DNA of 64,000 nucleotides, from assembly GCA_965112155.1 (NCBI GenBank), contig OZ218103.1. One strand, 5' to 3'. Below the pieces are notes generated by a model, which was given only the letters and a program-made list of their open reading frames with translations, searched no databases and was not told the DNA's origin. The number at the start of each line of letters is the position of its first letter. Positions within the stretch are counted from its first letter, which is position 1. This DNA is from Podarcis liolepis (taxonomy: Eukaryota). A program made the translations under genes and the position numbers. Shown piece by piece: positions 51,306 to 64,000 of this stretch.

Positions 51306-54300
51306 GGTCCTACTTCGGATTTAGGGAAATGGATTGCTTAGATTCATAATCTGTTTTTTTAAGGGGAGAGCTGTGTCACTGGTGATGTTGGCAATTTCGA
51401 AGCTTGTGGTTCTATCTAATTTTAGTTGTTCTAAGGATACTGAGAGTATTAATTATTGAAATAAAGGCACATAACGAATATAGGCCCATCAGTTTCAAAG
51501 GGTCTGTGTTGAGTAAGACATAGTTGGAAACAACCCCATGCCATCGCAGGAGCTGGAGTAAACAAGTGTTTGAAACAAAACCAGGATTTCCCTTTTTAAA
51601 GAAAACTATAGCAGAGTGCTTTTAAGAAGGTTCAGTTTCCTTTGAGTAAATGAACTCTGCTGTGAACAACTCTCATGACTCAAATAATTCACAGTTAATC
51701 ATTCAAGAATCTATAACTCATTAATTTGTTAATGTGCAATTAATTCACCGCGTTTGAATTTGTAATGCAGAACTCCTTTCACTTCAATGCAGCCTTTAAT
51801 GTCTTTGAGTCCTTTGCATTGGGAAGTCATGAATTACAAACGAGTAGCTTACAAAACGCTCTGCGGGACGTTTCCCACTGTGTACCTGCCCTTTGCTTGT
51901 GACATACTATGTTCTCAATTGCATTGCCCATCTTGCAGATGCAGGTACGTAGGTGGGGGAACTTTACTTTGGGGGCAGGACCTTTGGGGTCTGTGGCCTT
52001 TTGGCTCCCGTCATCTCTGTTTCTGTGAAATAAATTTATCAGTTGTGTGCTGCTTGACACACCCTATAGAATATATCTCAAAATGTGTGGTGCTTTGATG
52101 CTTATGTTGTGGAGGGAACATATGCCCTAGTGAGTCAGGACATTGTGTTGTTTACTCATGAACAGAGCTACCTCCATCCATGTATTTTTAGCTCAGTACA
52201 CAAGGGGATTCAGATCTTTAAGGGGTCTGCTCCCTTCTAGTAACCAAGTACCTTAGGTGTGAGCAGCCAGCCCACAGGGGAGACTGTGTGCAGGCAAAGC
52301 TCTTTCATCCATTTCAGGTTTGGAATTCAAGATATTTATTAATTGATTCAAGGCAGATCAGCAATTGCATAAAAAATAAATTAAATGGCAATTTTTAGCT
52401 AGTTCTAACTCTGATACATTTCCGAGGTTTGTTCCAGCAACTTACCGGTAAATAGTGAGGAGTATCATGGAACATAAAGTATGAATGCATGGAACCCGTC
52501 ACCTTGAACAGGGATGGGGAACTACAACTGCCATCATCTCTGATCATTGGCCATTTGGTTGAGGCTGATGGGAGTTGTGTTTCAGCACCATGTATGCTAC
52601 CCTTCCTCTGGGCAAGTGAAGTTTTAGAAAAAGACTGAGCAAGGAGAGACATGATAGAGGTGTTTGAAATTATACATGATGTAAAGAAAATAGATCTCTC
52701 TCTCTTTGTCTCTGTCATAATACTAGGACCCAGGGGCATCTAGCGATACTGAAAGTTGGAAAACCCAGGGCAAACAAAAGGAAACTCCCCCCCCCCACAG
52801 CACAGAATTAAACTATGCTATTTGCTCCAGAAGATGGAGTGATGGCCCCCAACTTGGACAGCTTTAAAAGAGGATTAGACACATTCATATCAATGGCTAC
52901 TAGTCATGAGATACTTTCAGTGGCTCATACTTGTCAGATGGGCTCAGAAAATACTTCTGGTGCATCTGAATAGCACTAAGACAAACGCTGGTGTGAATTA
53001 AGAGCTCCCAGTAAGTTCTAAATACATTAATTCCATCAAACACATTGCTGTCTTCTGTTTTGCATCAAGGTTTTAAGGAGCCAATTGCCTTTGACTTGCT
53101 GTCATCACTTTGCCTCTCTTCATTTTCTCCCATTTGTCTCTGATCTCATGGATATGTTTTTGAATTGGATTCCTTGCATTTATCAAATAGGAAATGTTCC
53201 TTAAGTTTGTAGTGGAGAGCCAGTGACCCTCCATATATTGTTGGACTCCAAATCTCATCGGCCCCAGCCAGCATTGCCAGTTGTCAGGAATGATGGGAAT
53301 TGGAGTCCAACAATTGCTCTGTGTCTGATAGAGTAGTCACCCCTCATTTATAGAGCTGAAACTTTCACAGTCCTAGGCAGGGTGTAATGACTTGAGACAA
53401 AGTAGTTAAGAGCGGCAATTCAATGATCCTCATTAGTCTTCAGAGCGACATCATTGAGTTAGAATAAGTCCCATTAAACACAGCTGGCCTTGCTTTTGAG
53501 ATAACATGCATAGGATCGCACTCTTAGACACATAATACTGTGCATTGGATCTGAAGTGTTAAATAACTTGTGACTAGGCTGCTGTGTTTTTGTAGCTTAA
53601 ATATTTGATGTGTTATTTTACTTAAGCTGAGGACCAGCAACCTGCTCATTTCGCTTGATAGCAAAGAAAGTTTGCTGCCAGAAGTCAGTCTGGCGAAAGA
53701 CATCACCTTGTCTCTTTTTTCCTCTTATTCTTGAAGATGACAAATAGCTTGTTAAAATGCTTATAATCATAGCTGTCAACATTTCCCTTTTTTAAAGGGG
53801 AATTCCCTTATTCTGAATAGGATTCCTTGCAAGAAAAGGGGAAAGTTGACAGCTATGCTTATAATGGAAGAGAAGTAATAGTTCATGGTGTAGTGTAGTG
53901 GGAATGCAGGCAAGAGATGGGCAAGAATGTGCAGCTCTGGGACTTTTCTCAGAGTAGGAGTGATGCTGCCATCTGCCAGGGTAATTCATAGGTCCTCCTG
54001 GCTCTGGGAAGCAACTGAGGTGATAATGAGGCTTTCAAGTTTTGCTGTTGTTTGTGACAGTTTAGCATAGGCTCTGTCATAGAGGAAGTTGGAGAATGAT
54101 GAAAATAATCAGACAGATGCTGCATACTTCTTTCCTACTTCATGCTAGCAGTTAATTTTTTTCTTTGAAAGCTTGTTTGCATTTCTAATTGAAAGCCGAA
54201 GGCTGTATTTGAGCCAGCTGCAGACCTTTTGTTACAGCTCAGTGTACAAATTTAACTTGTGCAACTAGAAGTGTTCAGTGGTGCTTATTCCAGGTTCACT

Positions 54301-57300
54301 GTGCATAGGATTGCAGACATGCCACATGGCTGATTGGAGGTATGAAACCAGGTCTCCCAGCCAAATTCCAACACACTAAATCACAACACCACCCTTTGCT
54401 AGATCACTATTCTATACACTTCAACCCCCAGCTTCCCAGGACTGACCCATTCTCCTCAATGGAAGCAGCAGCATGAGAATAGTCAAATAACTGTACTAAC
54501 AAGCATACTGCAAAGAAGAAAGAACATTGGGTATTGTAGTAATTGCTACAAATAATGTATGTTGTTTTGTATTTTCAGTATTGTTTCTAGAGGGGTAGTT
54601 GTGTTGGTCTCTTGCAGCAAAAACGACAAATATATTATCGTCAGATTTTGTGGACTACAGTTCACTTCTTCAGATGAGATCCTTTTGTATTATCCAGTGC
54701 AGCATTAAGTTAACGGTTCTGTTGGTCCAATGATTTCTATTTGTGCCACGGGACTTTTTCTCCTCTCGCTATGCATGCCTTTTGCCTTCTTCAAGTTGGC
54801 TCTGGAGGATTTCGGGAACCCCTGGAACAAATTTAAGGGGTATGCAAGAGGAAGGGGCTAGGAATCTCGTTGCACAAGTGGACACCCTTGCACTGATGGG
54901 ACGGTTATTTAGTGTTGCGTTAGACAAAAGCCTTAGTTGTCAGATATATAATGTGAAAGGGCTGAATTGCAATACATGAAGAGGTTCAGTGTGAGCACTT
55001 GTGGACTGAACTGAGACAAATGCTCTTTTTTTGCACATTATATGTGTTAATTGGCTTACCAGTTCCAGGATGCCTGTTTTTTGTGTGAATTGTGTAATTA
55101 TCACAGTCTGTGCTTTCCTGTCTTTTATTTCCCCCTGACCTCAGTGTTTACATTTCCCCCCCCTCCAGCCCAGCTGAACCATGTATATACCTGAACTGAG
55201 GACCTCACTGTATGCATCTGATGATGTATTCCATGAAAATTTAAGCCATAATAAAATCACTAGTCCTTAAGGTGTCACAAGAGCCTTCCCTGTTTTCATT
55301 ATTACTGTAACCATGTTTGGTGTTTGTTTGTTTGTTCAGTCACAAAATGCAATTTTAAAAAGCAGAGGAAGCTCTTACGTAGCCCTGTTGTCAGCTGACA
55401 GGTAGGCTGCAGTGTCCCTTGCCCTCTCTGAGCTGGGAACATCATCTTTGTCAGGGGAGGTGCTGAGTGTAGCATTGCCAAGTCTGCCTCTTTCCCTTTC
55501 TGTGTCTCAAGGAAAAACTCCAGCCCCTCTAGATGCTTTGTTTAGTAGTTGTTGCCATGGAGACCCTGAAGCTATGGTGAAGCAGCCATCTTTTCCTGGA
55601 AGGTGGGCGGGCTGCGGGGCTGCAGGAAGAAGTGTAGTGGGAGAGAATTCAACTTCACCTTTGTTCTCTGTTAGGAGGGTCTCAGTTTACATGACAATTC
55701 AGCAAAGGTGAATATTGTGTCAGCAGAAGAGTCCTCCCATGTTCGGACAACTGTAAGGGGACAGTGGCTCAGAGTGGTTTGCCGTGAGGCTGTTTTGAGA
55801 TATTCCTAGGGTGCGGAAAGCAGAAAGCTCATTTTTGCATCCAAGTGGAAATCTGTCCTTGGAGGTCATAGATGCCTTATGCTAGGTAGTTTGATTAGCT
55901 GTCATGTAGATCTTAGGAAGTATCATGGGACTGTCTCTCTGGATGGCCTGCCTGCAGTTGAAGGAATTGAAGCACAAAAACTCTAGGAAATGGATAGTGT
56001 CGTATTAATTCTTGTCTGCCTAACAATTCTTAAGTCTTGTTTAGATGAGGATATGAGCCAAGAAGAAATCTCTGGACAGTTTAAGAACTACCATAAATCA
56101 TCCATGGTTGATCAGGCAGGCCACACATAGGATGGGTAAAGCCACCCCACACATCAGTAGGGAGGGTATTATAGAGCCTCCTGTGTATCAAGGAAGGGGG
56201 TGTCTGTGAGGCAGGGAGCTCCCAGGAGCACTCAAGTGTATAGTTAGCATTAAGCAATCACAAAAACCATTCTTCTTGAGGATCTAGGGCAGGGGTAGGG
56301 AACCTATGGACTGCCCCATGTTGCTGAACTACAACTCCCATCATCCCTGACCACCGGCCATGCAGGCTAGGGCTGATGGAAGTTGGATGCTAAGACCAGT
56401 TGGAATGCCATAGGTTCTGGACCCCAATCCAAACTACTGCTTTTTTGCATGTCCCAGGAGGCCAAGGGAATCACCCATTTCACTGAAAGGATGCAATCTG
56501 GCTTTCCAGTGTAGGCTGTGAAATAGGCAATCTAGGAGTTGCTGGAGAATAAGGGGAGTTTCTCATTTCCGCCCAGTTTTACATTTTCTGAACTGGGTGG
56601 GAAATAGACTCCTTATCTGCATAGCAGGGATATTCACTAAACACCACAAGGAGGCTGTTTTCAGAGGGAAATAGAGCTTAATTACTGTTGGTGTTGTAGT
56701 TATTATTATAATTAACTCCAGTTGACTCAGCATAGTCATTACACTGTTAAGTATTTATGCACCAACCAAAATTCCCTGGTGGTGTTCTCTTATTACTGGG
56801 GTGTTGGTCATATGTATACAGTTGCAAGGTGAGGGGGGGGGGCAGAGATTCAGGTGCTGCCTGCACAAGGCATTGCTTCCAGAGAGGAAGGCTGAGGCCC
56901 TATGCATGGAGCAAACAGAACCAAAGTACAGAACAGCCATGCACCAGGTCTAGGATGAGGCAGTTTGAGGGTTGGTCATTGAAAATGACTATATTCCAGT
57001 GTGATCTAAGGGTGGGTTAGAGGGATTAATCTTGGTTTAGAGCAGGAGTGGGCAACCTGTGGCTTTCCAGATGTTTTTGAATGACAACCCCCATCATTTC
57101 TGACCATTGGCCATGTTGGCCGGGGCTGGTGGAGTTCTGCAAGCTGTGGAGGGGCACAGATCCCACGTCTGCCACGGGTTCTATTCCTTTTATCGGTTTC
57201 AAGGAAAGACTCCTGAATCAAACAATCAGAGATGTGTTCATAGATAGAAAGAACACAGCAGTCCTTTACTCTTGTGGGGTGTGCCACCTCATTTGAATTG

Positions 57301-60300
57301 CTCAGTGCTCACTTTCCAATGGGGTGTCCTAGACAAAATATTTAATTCCTCTTTCCTCCATACACCATGACCTGTAGGTCCTTGCCATGGCTTGTCATTT
57401 GCGCCAAGTGAGTTCCTTCACTTTGCTGGCTATCAGGCTGTGGCTTTCTGCTGGAGAGCCTTTGCTCCCTCCCTCGCCCGTCCCTCAGCATTTCTGTGAA
57501 TTCCAAGCTGTGATTCCCCCCCCCCCCCGCCCATGCAAATGTATTTCTTTGTATATAATGTATGACTTACTGAGCGCTGTCCCTGCAAAGTGCTGCCCCA
57601 GGCAGATGTTCAGATGCATCTTATCATAATGCTGAATCTAGACTAGACTCTTAAGAGCCCAGGGCCCTCTCAGCATTGGGCTTGTTAATCCTAGTGACCC
57701 ACAGTTCTAGCCCATTCTGACTTCTTATCCCACCGCACTCCTACAAATATATCTTTTCATTTTTGTCATGGAAGCTTGTTAGCTTCTTTTCATTTTCCTT
57801 TTGCTTTTGACATTTTGGAGTGCCTTCAACTGTCATGATGATGACAAATATCCTTTAAAAAACAACAGCACCCATCCCTGATAGTCACATCTCCAGAAGC
57901 CTAAAATCAGGAAGGAAACATTACAGAATTGGCAGTTAACTAGAGTGCAGTACCAACATTAGGAGAGGTTTGGGGTGGAAGAGAGCAAGCAGTACATAGT
58001 CATTCCAATTTTCTTGGAAGTGCCTTGATATCATTCCAGTAGCTGACTCAAGAGAAGTAATATTAGTGTAAGAAAGGCATACATAGATGGATAGATAGAT
58101 ATCCTAAGGTCCAGGGCAGTAGCCATGTTGTCTGTCTCAGTGAAAACAACAAAGAGTCTTGTGACACCTTTAAGACTAACAGATTTATTGTATTATAAAC
58201 TTTCATGGGCTAGAGCCCATTTCTTCAGATGCAGGAAGGTATTGTGCAACAGATAGAAACTTGGACCTTTCCTGGATTATAAAGCTTTACAGAACTGTTT
58301 GGAACTGCCTTACCAGCCAGTTACTGTCTCCCTTGCCAAGTAGCAGCTCTCCGTGGTTTCAAGGAGTCAGTGTGGCATAGTGCTTGGGGACTAGAGTTCA
58401 AATCCCTACTCAGCCATGAAGCCCACTGGATGATTTTGGGCCAGTCACTGCCTCTCAGCTTAACGTGTGGGTGAACTGGATTTCTAATGGCCTTCCTCTG
58501 TAGAGAACCCCATGCCCAAGGAGGCTTGTGCGACATCCTTCGTTGTCTTCCAAAACAGATTTTAAAAGTTTCTAAACTCCAAATCCCCTAACTCCCCTCC
58601 CCAGATTACAGTGCTACAAGCAGCAACCATCTGGAGGTTAGTTCCCACAGAGGAAATTGAATCAGTTTTGAGACAGACAGGAACACATGAATTTCAGCAG
58701 GAAATCAGAGATGAGAGACGATGCCACTTCCGAAATGCACGAAAGCATTCAAGAAGGACAGTCTCACCAGTTGGCACTTTGCAACACATATGGGTGGGTA
58801 ACGAAAAACAGGCTTATCTCTTGTAGATGGTTCTTCCTGACTTCTGCAGCTTCAGTGGCAGAGCTCTGTGTTTAAACCTTGATTTGCCACAAGGAGAAGC
58901 CGGGATGTCTGTCTGCCCCCCGGCCCCAGCAAAAAGGGCACACGAATGAGTGCAGAACTCCCTGCAGCTTGCTTCTGCTTCTGACAGCTGGGCTCATTTC
59001 CAGTATCAGAGCCCTGGCTATCAAGACACGGCCTGGGGGAGTTTGATGCCCCTCACCCCACCTACTTCCGTATTAAAATGAGACCCTTTAACCTTCATTC
59101 TATGCAATTGTGGCAGACCTTGGTTTATACACACGTGTCTGCTTCTGCCACACATTGTTTGGCCCTCCACCCCCTTCCCTCCTGGAATTTTGTTAGCAGC
59201 ATGTAGCTAAATAATTGCAGGGTTTCATCCACATTCAGTTTGTAAGGCAGAAGCTGGTGGAATGGGCCTCAGCAGCCTTAAGATTCATTTGATGGATGGC
59301 ATTAAGCAGTTGCCAGGTAGAGGCTGCCAGCCGGCAGGATTCTGAAGCTTCTGCCTTGACAGATTCTTCCATCTTTTCCCTTGGACTAAATAGCTGGATT
59401 CTTTTAGTTCTGCGGATCTTCATTTCCTTGTTGGAAACATTTTTTAACAGAAAAAGTTCTCTTTCTCCTCCTTTCCAGAAGTTCTGGCTCCAAGACCCTT
59501 GGTTTTCTTCCCCCAAAGGTAAAGCAGTAGTATTATTTTCATCTGTGGATCAGTAGTTTAGGCAAGAGGTGGGCAAACCTCAGGCATGCCTGGTTTTCCT
59601 ATAACACAAAGATCTACCAACCAGAGCCAGGTGCAGCGCTTAAAATTAGAAAACCCCAAAAATAGAAATTAGAAAAAACGAAATGAGGTGCTAGGAAATG
59701 GTTTCCAATACCAGAGCTGGACTGATCCCATAGTCCTTTCACACAAAAGTCCATCCCTGATTCTCTTTCTTCATTTCAGCAGTGTAATTAAGATGGGGAA
59801 AGTCATTTTGCTATTCCTCCTGAGAGCTGGAAGTCCTTGTTGATCCACTGCAAATCGCCCAGACATCTACCAGTAGATCCCCATCTACCTTCTGACCACC
59901 CTACTGGAAATGGGATCAGCATCTTAACCCCAGGCTACAGTGCTGTAGTGAGACACTTGGGAGCAAGTCTTACTGAGCTCAGTGGGACTTCTGAGTAAAC
60001 ATGTATGGAATTGTGCTGCAAAAGTGCCTCAGGTGTGGATATTTTCCTGGATCTAAAAAGCCCACATCATGAGCACTCGCTGCAAAGAATGCTCAGTGCA
60101 GAGACTGTTTCCCTTCCCACAGCACGGTTCTGCCGCAGCTTCGCTATATCTCTAGTCCAGGCTTTGAGAGCTGCTGCTCTGGGCTCCTCTTCACTTTGTG
60201 CCACGCACAGTAAAATCTGAAATACAACTGAAGTGTCTCTAATCGAAACCGGATGGGGGTTGAGACACTTTCCCAAGGGAATTCTTCAGTGTGTGTGCAG

Positions 60301-62281
60301 GGGAGGCAGGTTTCCAGGGATAGTTATAGCTCCTGGCATCTACTCAACCAGTGGATTCCTGCCATAGCTGAGATTAAAGCAGTTAATTATTGACAGTATT
60401 TGATTAAACTGGAGGGCTGGACAGACCAACTGCATCCTGCTTTGAAAGCGAGAAGGGAGGGAGAAGCCTTTCTACTAGGGTCTAGGCCAATTACCTGATT
60501 TTTCTCTCACCTGCTGCAGGGCAGGAAGCAGTGGTAGCTACCTGGTTTTACCTGGGCATTTCCTCTCCTTGTTTCTGGCAGGCAGCTGGTCTCCAGCGAT
60601 CTTTGCTTTTGGTTTCATATGCTAGGAGGTGGAATGGATTGAACAGATGAGATGGGAGACATCCCCCCACACACCCGTGGCATCTGTATGTGTGAGAGAG
60701 GGGAGACATTGCATTCATTACTGCTTAATTGGGCATGGGAATTGATAGTCCTGAAATTGTGTGTCTTCTGGAGAAACAGCTTTATGCCATCTTGTACTCA
60801 CCATGCCTTTGATTTGATAGTGGGTAGTCATTGCTATTGTTGTTATAATTATTTTGTGTTTTATTCCCCCCCCCCCAACGCCATCTATGTGCTTAGCACT
60901 TTACAAAATTGCATAAGCGAAAAAAGAGAAAGGCCCCAGCTATATGTGTGTGGTTAGGGTGGTGTTGTACCTCAGTGTGTTGAATGTTGTTACCTGGTGA
61001 CTTGCCAGTTCAGTGCAGTATCACAGAACACCTTCAGTTCCCAGTTGTGGTTGCCAGGTGGCTCCAGCCCTTTGGCTAACAACAGGATGGCCTGAGTTTC
61101 CTCTCCTGCTTCCTGACCAGGCAGCTCATTTGTTTTTTCTCCCCTCCCTTTGTTTCCCTTTGCTTGAGCCAAGCACTGGAGAGACAGAAACAAGGACCAT
61201 CCTTCCTGCCAGTTTTGTTTGCTCTGGGCTACCTGTTCCACTCTTACGAAGGATGCATCATTTTCAATGCCTCGCTTTTCATTGGCCACAGCTTCTGCGT
61301 GCTTTATTGAGCCTCATCAGTACCAAAATGCTACCTTTGTTTTCCCAGATACAAGCCCACTTTTTCCGCTGTAGAACAGCAAACCCCCTTCTATTTAGAC
61401 ACACTGGAGGATATGGACTTCATTCACACTAGAGATGGATCTGGAACACAGAAGGACAAAACATTAGTAGAGTGATGATATAGCCATGTCCCTCTCAGAG
61501 AAGGATAAGAAAACTTTTACTATATTTTACTGTAGTATTTTGTCTGTGCAGGCAGAGCTTGCTGTGATTATCTTACAATGGTCATCCATTTATATCTTTT
61601 TGCATTCTGAAGAGATGGTGCATCTTTTTATTAGTATCCTGTTCGATACACCTAGTATTAGAGATTCAAATATGCAAACCCAATCCTATAAGAAGAGAAT
61701 GTGAACCTGTTCAGAATAGGTTGAATAGGTTCCTAGACTGGACCACCAACCAACCGCTCTGGCTTGTTGGGAGTGAGTTTCAGTTTAGCTTCCTGCATCC
61801 AGCCGCCTGTTGCTTCTGAGCACCATTCCATAGTTGAGTCCAGTGCTTTTTTTCCTTAAAAAATGTTTAGGGGTACTCTCATTTTGACTCAAGAAAATCA
61901 CCATTTTATAGTTCAAATTGGGAAAAATAAATACAGTAAATGGACAAAAGTACAAAGATTCACAAAATGTTTAGGGGTATGCGTCCCCTTGCATCCCCCC
62001 AGAAAAAAAGCACTGGCTGAGTCAGTATCATCAGCATTCCTTCCCCAAACCCTTGAAATAATCTCCTCTATGGATCTTATGCACACAAAAAGTATGGGGG
62101 ATGAGATGGCACCATGTGGCACTCCACAGGCATCTCCTGCAAGGTGGGGCAGTAAACCCCCAGCACTGTTTTGTGCCGTCTCACTACTGGGCAGGCCAAG
62201 CAGTGGCCCCAATACCCATCACTGACAGGAGACTATGATTGATAGATGTAAATGCAGCCAATAGGTTCAGGAGAAAGATTC

Positions 62282-62466
62282 GGGGCTCGTCCATACTTCC
62301 ACTCGCCCTGTGGCTAGAAAGCATGGGGCCAAGTGATTTCCCCCTTGCCCCTCTCCCTTCGCAGGGAGAACCATTCTTTAGCTCTAAATCGGAACAAACA
62401 GCAATCCACGGAAAACCCGATTGCTGTTTGCTCCAATTGAACGCTAAAGAGTGGTTTTCCCCAGGG
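62282..62466. mobile_element. PIF/Harbinger-like MITE copy
   Basis: Diverged reverse-complement copy of 49722-49908, with an internal palindrome. Confidence 0.55.
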
Positions 62467-64000
62467 AAAAGAGGAAGTGTGGATAAACCCTCACTCTATC
62501 CACCAAGTAAAAATTTATGCAGATGCATGACCAAGGCCATTTCTGATCCTCAGGTGGTCTGTAACTTGACTTGACTTTAAAAGCAGATCTTTCAGGACAA
62601 GTTAAGAAGGTTCTAGCCATGAATGGAGAAACCATGCCTAGATCTTCCCTCTCGGCAGATAAGCTCTGAGAGAAAACCTCTGCTCCTAACCTCAGTGCCC
62701 TGTTAATGACTCTGACCTCTTGCAGAGGGTGGGGGGCCCTCTGCTCCTCTAGCAGGAGGAGTTTCATTAATGAGATGACAGTTGGATAATGGAAGCAGGT
62801 CACAACATCAGGAATTGTGGAGCGAGGAGGGTCTTTAAAGGGATGGGAGGAGTGGGAGACGATATCTGCTTGCAGACATAATTTACTGCAATGTCACATC
62901 TAGCCCAGTGCGGTTGTAAATAGTAAATACTGACTGCAATAATTAGAAAGGACTTCTTGGATAATTTGGTGTATTTTGATTTTTTTATGCTGGTTTTCTG
63001 AGAGTTGCTTCATGCTGCGTTACGACTAAAGGTGGCCCCCCACATTTCTGCCTATCGGCATTTCTCGAATATTCTTCTCAGAAAGATGGTGCCACATGTT
63101 TAATAATTTTAGACAAGTATTCATTTGTGTAAAAATATGTCTCACCATGCTCCTGAGAGGAATGGCTGCCTGGGGCTTCTGGGAACTCGCTTCAAAATAA
63201 ACTCTGCTCTGCTTTTTGGGCAAAGCCCTGTTTCCTGGATGTTTTCGGATATTTGGTGACCTTCCAGTGCCTACAGAAGAATCCCAGGGTAGAAGCTTGT
63301 TTGTCACCTTCCATGTTTGGAACAGGTGAAGTGCCTCTGAGGGTAGAAGCGGATGCGAAATGTGTCTTGCTCCCTTGTAAGATCAGGTACAACATTATGT
63401 GTGACATTACATCATTGCTTTCTCTCTTTCCACTACCAGCAACTGACGATGAAGCACAAAAGTGTGATGGGATCACATCACACATCATATTTGGTCCTGG
63501 TCTGCACATGCAGCCAAATGAGGTGATAATGAGCTGGAGGAGTCCTGAGGTGGTGGAACAGACTTGAGGGAGCCCTGACATTTTTGAGCGCTTTCCTTTA
63601 AAAAATAAAATAACTTATCAGGGATGGTATAGTAGTGGTTTTCCTCTATCGGCAGGGGATTCGAAGGTTTGGTTTTTATTTGCAAGAAACTTGGTACATG
63701 GGGAAACAATTCAATATTACAAGGTCTGTCCCCCAAAAAATGGCCGTCTGAAGTAGAACAGTTGACTCTATTACCTCAGGAAAAACCATCTGATTCTGCT
63801 GCATTTTTTCGCAGAAAGAGAGCTTTTTTGGTGGTGGGTTTCCCACAGATGGGATGCTTTTTTGGGGGAAGCTTGGCTGGCACCCACATTGTTGTCTTTT
63901 TGGCACAAAGTTAAGGCTTTTCTGTTCTCCTAGGTCTTTTAAGATCTGGATTTACATCCTTACAGTATGGATGGTGGTTTTAGTGTATTTATTTGTTGGC

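Overview
Vertebrate genomic DNA, most likely a lacertid lizard (full-length Sauria SINE, Bov-B, CR1, L2, Penelope-like fragments, Tc1/mariner MITEs). The + strand carries coding exons 2-11 of SARS1 (cytoplasmic seryl-tRNA synthetase, 1657-12597; exon 1 lies upstream of the window). It then carries the CpG island and large first coding exon of CELSR2 (26036-29507), followed by more than 34 kb of repeat-rich intron 1 with no exon 2. This matches the known SARS1-CELSR2 synteny. The main unexpected signal is on the minus strand between the two genes (about 18330-20274): a decayed, apparently intronless reading frame. It joins a BID-like (BH3) helical domain to a dystrophin-family EF-hand plus ZZ zinc-finger region, with candidate spliced 5' micro-exons upstream. 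This could be the relic of an undescribed chimeric gene. All homology calls come from manual translation and reference sequences recalled from memory; no searches were run.
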